Position numbers and translations under genes: made by a program. DNA of 31,906 bases from Dehalococcoidia bacterium (GTDB lineage: Bacteria; Chloroflexota; Dehalococcoidia; UBA2979): NCBI GenBank assembly GCA_050249515.1, contig JBFWQJ010000001.1, positions 1 to 31,906 on the forward strand. Direction: 5' to 3'. The notes below the pieces were generated by a model, which saw nothing but the letters and a program-made list of their open reading frames with translations, did no database searches and was not told where the DNA came from. This document shows, in pieces, positions 16,975-25,428 of the stretch. Numbering within the stretch: the stretch's first letter is position 1; each line of letters opens with the position of its first letter.

Positions 16975-17739
16975 ATGACGAGCGAGCGGCAGGACTCCCC
17001 GGAGCGCATCTTCGAGGCGGGCGCGGACCGCGCCGGCTACGTGCGCGAGATGTTCGGCGAGATCTCCGGGCGCTACGACCTGATGAACCGCGTCATGACC
17101 GTGGGCCAGGACCTGCGCTGGCGTCGCCGGGCGGCGCGCTCGGCCGTCCGTGCGGGCGATACCGTCGCCGACCTCGGCAGCGGCACCGGCGACCTCGCGT
17201 TCGCATGCCTGGAGGCGGGCGCTGCGCGCGTCGTCGGCCTCGACGTCGCGGGGCCGATGCTGGTGCGCGCACGCGCGAAGGGCCAGCGCCTGTCGCCGCA
17301 CGCCGGCTTCGCGCTGGGCGACGCCACGAAGCTGCCGCTTCCAGACGGCTCCGTGGACGTCTGGTGCTCCGCGTTCATGGTGCGCAACGTCCCCGACCTG
17401 GACGCCGCGCTGCGCGAGGCGTTCCGCGTGCTGCGGCCGGGCGGGCGCCTTGCCGTCCTCGAGATCCCGAAGATGGAGCCGGGGCTGCTGCGCCCGTTCG
17501 CGCGCTTCCACTTCACGCAGGTGGTGCCGCGCCTGGGCCGGCTGCTCACGGGACATCGGAGCGCCTACACCTACCTGCCGCTCTCCGTGGACCACTTCCT
17601 CACCCCGCGCGAGTTCACCGCGCACCTCGTCGGCCTCGGGTTCGAGGTGACGGAGGTGCGGATGCTGATGTTCGGCACGGTGGCGATGCACGTGGCGCGG
17701 AAGCCGCTCCCGGGCGAGCCGCGCTCGCGGATGCGCTAG
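16975..17739 (+). CDS. ubiE: UbiE/MenG family quinone methyltransferase
   Basis: VREMF.EI..RYDLMNRVMT.GQD..WRR, DLGSGTGDLA, GDATKLP, RNVPD...ALRE.FRVL.PGG, YTYLP.SV..F. Confidence 0.9.
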   Translation: MTSERQDSPERIFEAGADRAGYVREMFGEISGRYDLMNRVMTVGQDLRWRRRAARSAVRAGDTVADLGSGTGDLAFACLEAGAARVVGLDVAGPMLVRARAKGQRLSPHAGFALGDATKLPLPDGSVDVWCSAFMVRNVPDLDAALREAFRVLRPGGRLAVLEIPKMEPGLLRPFARFHFTQVVPRLGRLLTGHRSAYTYLPLSVDHFLTPREFTAHLVGLGFEVTEVRMLMFGTVAMHVARKPLPGEPRSRMR

Positions 17740-17766
17740 GACCCATCGCGACTTCGGGCGCGTCGA

Positions 17767-17864
17767 GGCGGCAAGAGCCGCCGTTCCGTGAGTGAGGGGC
17801 GGCCCACCCCTGCCCCTCCCGGCGCGGGAGGGGTTGAGACTCGAAGGGGCTGCGCCCCTTCGAG
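17767..17864. repeat. Cluster of perfect GC hairpins (REP-like) between convergent genes
   Basis: GGCGGC-AAGA-GCCGCC (17767-17782), CCCCTCCC-GGCGC-GGGAGGGG (17813-17833), CTCGAAGGGGC-TGC-GCCCCTTCGAG (17840-17864). Confidence 0.55.
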
Positions 17865-17995
17865 CATCCCGGACTCCGCGACTCGACGCCGAGCGGGCGT
17901 GCATGGCCGGCCACGCACCGCATCCCGCCTCGCGCCCAGTGATCGAGACATCGCGGTGCGGGTGCCGGCGGTACCGGGGGCGTGCGTGGTGCGGG

Positions 17996-18478
17996 CTAGG
18001 ACAGCCGGACGTCGCCGAGGGGCGTGCGGGGCACGTCCTGGTGCGCGTTGACCATGTGCCGCGCGAGCGGGCCGAGGTCCGCGAAGACCTCCTGCATCTC
18101 CTGCTCGCCCACGCCCGCCTCGCGGAACGCGGTGCCCATGTGGCGGAGCCAGCGGCCGGCCGCGCGCTCGTCGATGAGGAACGGGAAGTGGCGCATCCGC
18201 AGACGCGGATGACCGTACAGCTCGCTGTAGCGCGGCTCGCCGCCCAGCCACTGCTCCAGGAACAGCTCCTGCTTCACCCGCCCCGCCTGCAGGTCCTCGG
18301 GGAACAGCGGGCGCAGGTCGGGGTCGGCCTCCACGAGGTCGTAGAAGCGCTCGACGACGCGCTCGATCGTCGGGCGGCCGCCGATGCGTTCCAGGAGGCC
18401 GGGCTGCCGCTGCACGGGGGCCCGCCCCGCGACGGGACGCGGGGCCTCGGGGGTGCCGGGGGCGGTCGATTCTTCCAC
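17996..18478 (-). CDS. Group II truncated haemoglobin (trHbO/GlbO-like)
   Basis: IGG..TI..VVERFY..V..DP.LRPLFP...Q..FL.QWLGG...YS..YGHPRLRMRH.PF.ID...A..WL..M. GTG start 6 nt after TACACT -10. Confidence 0.92.
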   Translation of the reverse strand: MEESTAPGTPEAPRPVAGRAPVQRQPGLLERIGGRPTIERVVERFYDLVEADPDLRPLFPEDLQAGRVKQELFLEQWLGGEPRYSELYGHPRLRMRHFPFLIDERAAGRWLRHMGTAFREAGVGEQEMQEVFADLGPLARHMVNAHQDVPRTPLGDVRLS

Positions 18479-18555
18479 GGTGCCAGTGTACCGGACTGGT
18501 ATCATCGCCTTCTGGTGCGGAAACCCCAACCCCGACCCGGTAGGCAGGCACGACC

Positions 18556-19605
18556 ATGACCAACGACACGCCTCAGGAGCTCGCGCCGAACATGCGCTGC
18601 CCGGAGACCGGGGAGTTCCCCACCGGGCCGGAGGTAGGCGAGCGCCTGCCGAACTTCACGCTGATGGACCAGCGCGGCCGCCCGGTCAACATCGAGGTGG
18701 AGCGCGCAGGGCAGCGTGCCCTCGTCGTCTTCCACCGCTCCGCCCGGTGGTGACCGTACTGCCGCACGCAGCTCGTGCAGCTGCAGCAGAACCTCGAGAC
18801 GTTCGCCGCCGCCGGGATCAAGGTCTTCGCGATCTCGTATGACCCCGTGGACGTGCTGGCGAAGTTCGCGGACGAGTTCGGCATCACCTACCCGCTGCTC
18901 TACGACCAGGGCTCCGTGGTGATGAAGCGCTTCGGCATCCTCAACACGATGATCCGCGAGGACGAGGACTACTACGGCATCCCCTACCCCGGCATCTACG
19001 CCGTGGGCGAGGACGGGCTGGTCACCGAGAAGTCGTTCTTCCGCTACTACCGCGTGCGCCCGTCCGCCCAGTCCGTGCTGAAGGACCTCTTCGACGTGGA
19101 CTTCGACACGGGCGGAGACCCGTTCGTCGAAGCGGCGGGGGAGGGCGCCCGCGTCTCAGCGGTGCTGGCGGCAGAGGGGCTGGTGTTCATGCAGCGTGAC
19201 CCGCTGTACGTCCGCCTGGCCCTCGACCCCGGCCTGCACATCTACCGCGGCCCGGTGCCGGAGGGGTTCATCGCGACCGAGGTCACGGTGACGGGCCCGG
19301 AGGGGCTGGAGGTGGACGCGCCGGTGTTCCCGGACGCCCACCCGTTCCGCGTCGCCGGCATCCCGCACGAGTTCCAGGTGATGGAAGGCAACGTGGAGAT
19401 CGAGGTGCCGATCTCGTGGACGAAGCCGGACAACACCCCGGACGCGGCGAAGGTGGTGCCGGTGGACATCACCGTGCGGTACCAGGCGTGCGACGAGCAG
19501 CAGTGCTTCATCCCTCGGACGGTGGAGCTGCACATGGACCTGCCGGTGGGCACGCTGTACCGCGCCCGCCCGGCCGCGCCGCCCCCGGACGCACCGGCGA
19601 GATAG
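18556..19605 (+). CDS. Predicted selenoprotein: AhpC/TSA (Prx-like) redoxin with UxxC, fused to a DsbD N-terminal-like domain; TGA at 18751-18753 read as Sec
   Basis: Track ORFs 18556-18753 and 18775-19605 are in the same frame. Read-through gives LVVFHRSARW-U-PYC-RTQL at the CxxC position of the Trx fold. C-terminal YQACDEQQCFIP resembles the nDsbD active-site loop. Confidence 0.88.
18754..18786 (+). promoter_or_regulatory. Candidate SECIS hairpin immediately 3' of the UGA
   Basis: GCACG(18764-68)/CGTGC(18774-78) stem with loop CAGCT starting 16 nt after UGA. Lower CTGC(18759-62)/GCAG(18783-86) pairing. Confidence 0.5.
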
Positions 19606-19656
19606 CGATGCGGGCGTAACAGCCCGCAAGCACCGCACCCGGTACCATGCGGAACC

Positions 19657-20526
19657 ATGAGCGCGAATGGTTCCCCGTCCGCACGCCTGCTCGTGCAGTG
19701 CCCCGACCGCCCCGGCATCGTGGCGGCGGTGTCGCAGTTCCTGTTCCAGCACGGCGCGAACATCATGTCCGCCGACCAGTACTCCACCGCCGGCGGCGCG
19801 GGCCGCTTCTTCATGCGCGTGGAGTTCCAGACCGAGGGCCTCGACTGCTCGGTGGAGGCGCTGAACGAGGCGTTCCGCACCGAGATCAACGGGCGCTTCG
19901 ACATGGACTGGCGGCTGGAGGCGGTCCACCGCCCGCGCGTCGCGATCCTCGCGTCCCGCACGGACCACTGCCTGCTGGAACTCCTGTGGCGCTGGCGCGG
20001 CGGCGAGCTCCCCGTCGACATCCCGGTCGTCATCTCGAACCACGAGACGCTCCGCAAGGACGTAGAGGTTTTCGGCATCCCGTTCCACGTCTTCCCGGTC
20101 ACGGCGGAGACGAAGCAGCAGCAGGAGCAGGCGATCCGCGCGCTGCTGCGCGAGCAGGACATCCAGCTGGTGGTGATGGCGCGCTACATGCAGATCCTGA
20201 GCCGCGACTTCATTGAGGAGTACCCGGCCCGGATCATCAACATCCACCACTCCTTCCTCCCGGCGTTCGCCGGCGCGGACCCGTACGGGCGCGCGTTCGA
20301 GCGGGGCGTGAAGATCATCGGCGCCACCGCGCACTACGCCACGGAGGACCTGGACGAGGGGCCGATCATCGAGCAGGACGTGGTGCGCGTCTCCCACCGC
20401 GACACCCGCGAGAGCCTGATGCGCCTGGGCCGCGAGGTGGAGCGGTCCGTCCTCGCCCGCGCCGTCCAGTGGCACATCGAGGACCGCGTGTTCGTGCACG
20501 GCAACCGCACCGTGGTGTTCCACTAG
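19657..20526 (+). CDS. purU: Formyltetrahydrofolate deformylase
   Basis: ACT domain [78 protein letters not shown]. Confidence 0.97.
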   Translation: MSANGSPSARLLVQCPDRPGIVAAVSQFLFQHGANIMSADQYSTAGGAGRFFMRVEFQTEGLDCSVEALNEAFRTEINGRFDMDWRLEAVHRPRVAILASRTDHCLLELLWRWRGGELPVDIPVVISNHETLRKDVEVFGIPFHVFPVTAETKQQQEQAIRALLREQDIQLVVMARYMQILSRDFIEEYPARIINIHHSFLPAFAGADPYGRAFERGVKIIGATAHYATEDLDEGPIIEQDVVRVSHRDTRESLMRLGREVERSVLARAVQWHIEDRVFVHGNRTVVFH

Positions 20527-20554
20527 CCGCCGCGCACCGTCGCGAAGGAGCCCG

Positions 20555-21829
20555 GTGCTCACCCGACCGTTCATCGTCCTGTGGATCTCGATGCTCGTCG
20601 CAATGGCGGGCATCTCCATGGTGTCGCCGCTGCTGCCGGTGTACGTGCAGGACGACCTGGGCGGGCCGCCGATCGCGGTGGCGCTCTCCTTCTCTGGGCT
20701 GGCGATCGCGCAGATCATCGGCGCGCCGTTCGTGGGGCGGCTGGGCGACCTGTTCGGGCCCAAGCGGTTCATCGTCCTCGGCTTCGCCGTCTACGCGGTG
20801 GGGGCGATGGGCTACCTGTTCGCGCCCACGTGGGAGCTGGTGGTCGGCTTCCGCATCCTCTCGGGCGTGGGCGCCGCCGCCGTCTTCCCCATGTCGCTCG
20901 CGTACATCGGCCGGATGTCGCCGCCGGGCGCCGAGGGGCGCTACATGGGCTGGTTCGCGGTGGCGCAGACCGGCGGGTTCGGCATCGGGCCGCTGTTCGG
21001 TGGCGGCCTGCGCGACGCCTTCGGCTCCGACGCCGCCTTCGCGACAATGGCGCTGCTGCTGGGCGGCGCGGCGATCCTCACGCTGATCGGCCTGCCCGGC
21101 GAGGGCGACCTGCGCCGGGCCGAGGCCCCCGGCGACCTCGCGGCGAACGCCCCGGCGGCGGCGGACCAGGCGGTGCCCTATCGCGCGCTGCTGCGCCGCC
21201 CCGCGGTGGTGGGCGCGACGCTGCTGGTGCTGCTCATCGGTGCCTCGTGGGGCTCGGCTTCCGCATGGCTGGCCGTGTTCGTGATCGACGATCAGGGTCT
21301 CGGGACGAACAGCGCGCTCTTCGCCGGATTGCTGCTCTCCGGCCGGCAGCTGATCAGCGCCGCGCTCCAGCCGTTCACGGGCCCGCTGGCCGACCGGACG
21401 AGCCGCGTGCTGCTCGTCGCCGTCGGGCTGCTCGTCTCGGGCGTCGCCGTCGCCGCCGTGCCGGTGGTGCCGAGGACGCTCGTGGACACCTCGATCCTCG
21501 GCGCGGCCATGACCATGGCGCCGTGGGTGCTGCTGGCGCTGCTGGTCGCCGGCGTCGCGGAGTCGCTGGCCATGCCGGCCCAGCAGGCGATCTTCGTGCA
21601 GATCGGGCGGCGAGGCGGCATGGGGTCGCTGATGGGCCTGAACGCCATGGGCAACGCCATCGGCTTCCTCGGCGGGTCGCTGCTGGGGGCGGCGGTGAAG
21701 GGCGCGTGGGGCATTGAGGCGGTGTTCACGTTTGCGGGCGTGGTGAGCGTGGTGGGCACGGGGATCTTCGTGTTCCTGATGACGCGCGGCGCGGACGAGC
21801 TGACGCCCGTCCCGGCCCCCTCGCGCTGA
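20555..21829 (+). CDS. MFS transporter (drug:H+ antiporter-like)
   Basis: About 12 hydrophobic segments, motif A GRLGDLFGPKR and the second-half GPLADRTSR. Confidence 0.88.
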   Translation: MLTRPFIVLWISMLVAMAGISMVSPLLPVYVQDDLGGPPIAVALSFSGLAIAQIIGAPFVGRLGDLFGPKRFIVLGFAVYAVGAMGYLFAPTWELVVGFRILSGVGAAAVFPMSLAYIGRMSPPGAEGRYMGWFAVAQTGGFGIGPLFGGGLRDAFGSDAAFATMALLLGGAAILTLIGLPGEGDLRRAEAPGDLAANAPAAADQAVPYRALLRRPAVVGATLLVLLIGASWGSASAWLAVFVIDDQGLGTNSALFAGLLLSGRQLISAALQPFTGPLADRTSRVLLVAVGLLVSGVAVAAVPVVPRTLVDTSILGAAMTMAPWVLLALLVAGVAESLAMPAQQAIFVQIGRRGGMGSLMGLNAMGNAIGFLGGSLLGAAVKGAWGIEAVFTFAGVVSVVGTGIFVFLMTRGADELTPVPAPSR

Positions 21830-21856
21830 CCGGCCGAAATTGCTAAGATGGTCGCA

Positions 21857-21952
21857 ATGATTCCCTTCGCCGCGACGTCTGCGCGCGGACCCCTCGACCT
21901 ACCACGTACGGAACACGACATGACCTGCACTCACACCGGTGATGCCCGGTGA
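21857..21952 (+). CDS. Putative leaderless 31-aa uORF / leader peptide coupled to the helicase gene
   Basis: TAAGAT(21844-49)-7 nt-ATG. Reads MIPFAATSARGPLDLPRTEHDMTCTHTGDAR*, and its TGA overlaps the helicase GTG (GTGA, 21949-21952). Confidence 0.42.
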   Translation: MIPFAATSARGPLDLPRTEHDMTCTHTGDAR

Positions 21953-24462
21953 CGCCCCTTGGTGGCTTCCTCAAGAAGATCCTCGGCGCCTCCAGCACTC
22001 CCGAACCGCCCCCTGCCTCCACCCCCGCCCGCGGGCGCACTCGCGCCGCCGAGCCGGATGACGGCCCCCCGGCCGCCGAGGACGGCGAGCGCACCGGACG
22101 CCGGCGCGGCACGCGCGGCGGACGGGGACGCGGCGGCGCCGCCCCGGCAGCGCCCGAGGCGACCGAGACGGCTGCCGCACCCTCGACCTCAACCTCGACC
22201 TCCAGCCGCGGACGCGGCAGCCGGGGACGCGGGACGAACGGCGCGAACGGCGCCGGTGGCTCCAACGGCACGAGCGGCGCCGCCGCGGAGCCCCGCTCCT
22301 ACTCCTGGAACGCCCGCAGCGGCGACCCCGAGACCGACGAGCAGGCGCGCCAGCGCCGCGAGCAGGCCAGCCGCCAGCGGCGCACCGGCCGCTCCTCCTT
22401 CCGCCCCTACCGCGAGCACCTGGACCAACCCCTCCCCGAGGACATCGCCTTCCGCTCCGCCGCCGAGGGCGGCGACCGCACGATCCTCCCCGCCCGCCGC
22501 CGCCGCGGCACCGGCCTCCGCGACACGGAGCGCGTGCTGGTCGGCGGCGCCCGCAGCCTGAGCGGCTGGTCGCGCCCCTACGGCGACACGGTGAAGCCCT
22601 ACACGGCACCGCCCCCGGAGACCGACGACGAGCCGGTGGACGACGACGCTGAGCTCGAGGCCCTCGCGGGCGACGGGCTCGCGGCGGGTGACGGCGAGGC
22701 TGCCCCCCGCCGCCGCCGCCGCGGCCGCCGCGGCGGTCGGGGCCGCCGACGCCCCGGCACGGCGGTGACGCCCGGCGAGACGGACGAGGACGCCCCGAGC
22801 GCGGACCTCGACGACCTCGCGGACGACGACCTCGACGACGCCGACGACCTGGAAGCGGTCGCCGAGATCGAGGACCTGGACGACGACGTGGAGGAAGAGG
22901 CGGCCGTGGAGCTGCCGCGCTCCGTTGCGATCGCCGCCGTCCTCTCCGGCGAAGCGGAAGACGAACTGGACGACGACCTCGACGTCGAGGACGACGACGA
23001 GCCCGAGGACGCGCTGACCGAGGCCGACGAAGACGACGAGGACGACGCACCGGCGGCGTCCGCCGACGTCGACGACGCGCCCGCGCTCGTGGCCCTGCAC
23101 GAGCCGTCGGCGGACGACACCAGCGACCAGGACGAGTCGGACGCCGCGGGCACGCCCGAGGCCACCGCCGACCTCGACGCGCCGGTCGCGGCGGATAGCG
23201 ACACCGCTGAAGCCGAGACGATCGACGAGGACGAGGACGTCCCGCCTGCGCCGGAGGAGACGCCCGTCGCGCCGAAGGCGCCCGCACGGCGCGCCCGCCG
23301 CCCGCGCGCGGCCGTCGCCGACCTCGACGCCGCGGATCTGCCGCAGGCGTTCGCCGATCTCGGTGTCGGCGAACGCACCCTGCAGACGCTGGGGCGCTGG
23401 GGCTTCACGCAGCCGACGCCGATCCAGCAGCGCGCGATCCCGGCGCTCATCGACGGCAAGGACGTCGTGGGCGTGGCGCAGACCGGCAGCGGCAAGACCG
23501 TCGCCTTCGGCGTCCCGATGGTGGAGTCGCTGGACCCCGACCTCGCGGAGGTCCAGGGCCTCGTGCTCGTGCCCACGCGCGAACTGGCCTCGCAGGTGCT
23601 GGACGTGCTGAAGGACCTGGCCGCCGGCTACGGGCTGGAGGCGGTCGGCATCCTCGGCGGGCACTCGCTCGCGGGGGACTTCAAGGCGCTGGAGCGCCGC
23701 CCCGCGATCGTGGTGGGCACGCCCGGCCGCGTCATCGACCACCTGCAGCGCGGCACGCTGTCACTGCGCTACGTGCGCTACGCGGTGCTGGACGAGGCCG
23801 ACCAGATGCTGGACATCGGCTTCCTGCCGGACATCCGGCGCATCCTGAGCCGGACGCCGAAGCGTCGGCAGACGGCACTGTTCTCGGCGACCATGCCCAG
23901 CACGATCCGCCGGCTGGTGTGGCAGTTCATGGAGAGCCCGGAGACGGTCACCGTGGACCCGGAGCTGAGCACCGTGGACACGATCGACCAGGTCTACTTC
24001 GAGGTGGCGACGCGCGATAAGGCGTCCGGCCTCCGGGAGCTGGTGGAGAGCGAGCTCAAGGGCCGCACCCTCGTCTTCTGCAAGATGAAGCGCGGGGTGG
24101 ACCGGCTGGAGGCGGACCTGGCGCGGCAGGGCGTGCGCGTGGGCGCCCTGCACGGCGACATGGACCAGCGCCGCCGCGAGCGCGTGGTGCAGGAGTTCCG
24201 GGACGGCGCACTGGACATCCTGATCGCCACCAACGTGGCCGCGCGCGGCCTGGACATCCCCGAGATCACCCATGTGGTGAACTACGACGTCCCCCAGAAC
24301 CCGGAGGAGTACGTCCACCGCATCGGCCGGACCGGCCGCGCGGGCCGTAACGGCAAGGCGATCACATTCGTTTCCGAGTGGGACATGCGCGAGTGGGATG
24401 CGATCGTGGAGGCCTTCGGTGAACACCTCCGGCGCGAGGAGCTGTCGATCTACTCACGGTAG
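21949..24462 (+). CDS. DEAD-box RNA helicase with ~460-aa low-complexity N-terminal extension
   Basis: Q motif GFTQPTPIQ, AQTGSGKT, PTRELA, TPGRVID, DEAD, SAT, ARGLDI and HRIGRTGRAG. The core starts at about nt 23338. Confidence 0.93.
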   Translation: MTPLGGFLKKILGASSTPEPPPASTPARGRTRAAEPDDGPPAAEDGERTGRRRGTRGGRGRGGAAPAAPEATETAAAPSTSTSTSSRGRGSRGRGTNGANGAGGSNGTSGAAAEPRSYSWNARSGDPETDEQARQRREQASRQRRTGRSSFRPYREHLDQPLPEDIAFRSAAEGGDRTILPARRRRGTGLRDTERVLVGGARSLSGWSRPYGDTVKPYTAPPPETDDEPVDDDAELEALAGDGLAAGDGEAAPRRRRRGRRGGRGRRRPGTAVTPGETDEDAPSADLDDLADDDLDDADDLEAVAEIEDLDDDVEEEAAVELPRSVAIAAVLSGEAEDELDDDLDVEDDDEPEDALTEADEDDEDDAPAASADVDDAPALVALHEPSADDTSDQDESDAAGTPEATADLDAPVAADSDTAEAETIDEDEDVPPAPEETPVAPKAPARRARRPRAAVADLDAADLPQAFADLGVGERTLQTLGRWGFTQPTPIQQRAIPALIDGKDVVGVAQTGSGKTVAFGVPMVESLDPDLAEVQGLVLVPTRELASQVLDVLKDLAAGYGLEAVGILGGHSLAGDFKALERRPAIVVGTPGRVIDHLQRGTLSLRYVRYAVLDEADQMLDIGFLPDIRRILSRTPKRRQTALFSATMPSTIRRLVWQFMESPETVTVDPELSTVDTIDQVYFEVATRDKASGLRELVESELKGRTLVFCKMKRGVDRLEADLARQGVRVGALHGDMDQRRRERVVQEFRDGALDILIATNVAARGLDIPEITHVVNYDVPQNPEEYVHRIGRTGRAGRNGKAITFVSEWDMREWDAIVEAFGEHLRREELSIYSR

Positions 24463-24552
24463 GGCGAGCGCCACCGGGCGTACCTCGTGCATACTGGGTG
24501 CGTCCCGGCCCGGCGGCCCCGCCGAAGGCGCGACACACAGCGAACCGGTGTG

Positions 24553-25407
24553 ATGACACCCGATCCCGCACGCACCGCCTTCGAGCGCTGGTACGGCGCG
24601 GCCCTCGCCGGGCAGGACCTGCTCGGCGCCGTGCACGGCATCTGCGCCCCCGACTGCGTGATCCACATGCAGAACGGCGAGGACGGCGACCGCGCCGCCA
24701 CCGAGACGCAGACGTCACAGGCGCGCGCCCTCTACCCCGACCTCGCGATCGAGATCGACGACGTGATCACCACCGGGCACCGGATGCTCGTGCAGGTCAG
24801 CGTCACCGGCACCCCCTCGCTCGTGTTCCGCATCGCGCGCGGCCGCAAGGTCTTCGGCGCGATCGGCGCCGTGGTCGCCGACGTGAACGACCGCGCCGAG
24901 ATCATCGAGCTCTGGGCCTACCTCAACCCCGGGGCGATGCTCACCTTCCCCCCGGCCTCGCGCCCCCCGCTGCCCCCGGAGCCGGACGACGCGCCGGGCA
25001 CCGAGGAGGACGCCGCCGCGGTACTTGCCCAGTGGAAGCGCGCGCGCACGGGCTCGGAGTTCCTGGACGCGGTGCTCGCCACCGCCACCCGCGATTGCCT
25101 CGTCCACGCGACGAACACCGAGGTGGGCACGACCGCGCTGCTGGAGTCCCAGATGCACGTCGTCCAGGCGGCGTTCCCCGACCTCACCGTCGAGTTCTCC
25201 GAGGGCTTCACGGTCGGCGATCGGCTGGTGGCGCAGTTCACCTTCGACGGCACGCAGCGCGGCTGGCTCGGCATCGCGCCGCCCAGCGGCAGCCGCGTGC
25301 AGTCGACCGGCGCGATCGTGGCGCGTGTCCCGGCGGAGCGACGCGTGCAGGAGATGTGGGTCTACCTGGCGCCCGGCATCGGGCTCTTCTTCCCCCGGAA
25401 GCGCTAG
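24553..25407 (+). CDS. Tandem SnoaL-like (NTF2-fold) ester cyclase family protein
   Basis: Two repeats of ...PDL.(I/V)E.....GDR/GHR.....(F/V)T.TG/DGT...G....I..V...(I/V).E.W.YL.PG. Confidence 0.75.
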   Translation: MTPDPARTAFERWYGAALAGQDLLGAVHGICAPDCVIHMQNGEDGDRAATETQTSQARALYPDLAIEIDDVITTGHRMLVQVSVTGTPSLVFRIARGRKVFGAIGAVVADVNDRAEIIELWAYLNPGAMLTFPPASRPPLPPEPDDAPGTEEDAAAVLAQWKRARTGSEFLDAVLATATRDCLVHATNTEVGTTALLESQMHVVQAAFPDLTVEFSEGFTVGDRLVAQFTFDGTQRGWLGIAPPSGSRVQSTGAIVARVPAERRVQEMWVYLAPGIGLFFPRKR

Positions 25408-25428
25408 CGTCGGGGCGCTGCGCTGACG

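Noticed and set aside
18556-19605. Pseudogene or two separate genes interpretation of the redoxin
   Set aside because: The stop is TGA at the catalytic Cys position, with the frame preserved and no other lesions, which is more parsimoniously Sec.
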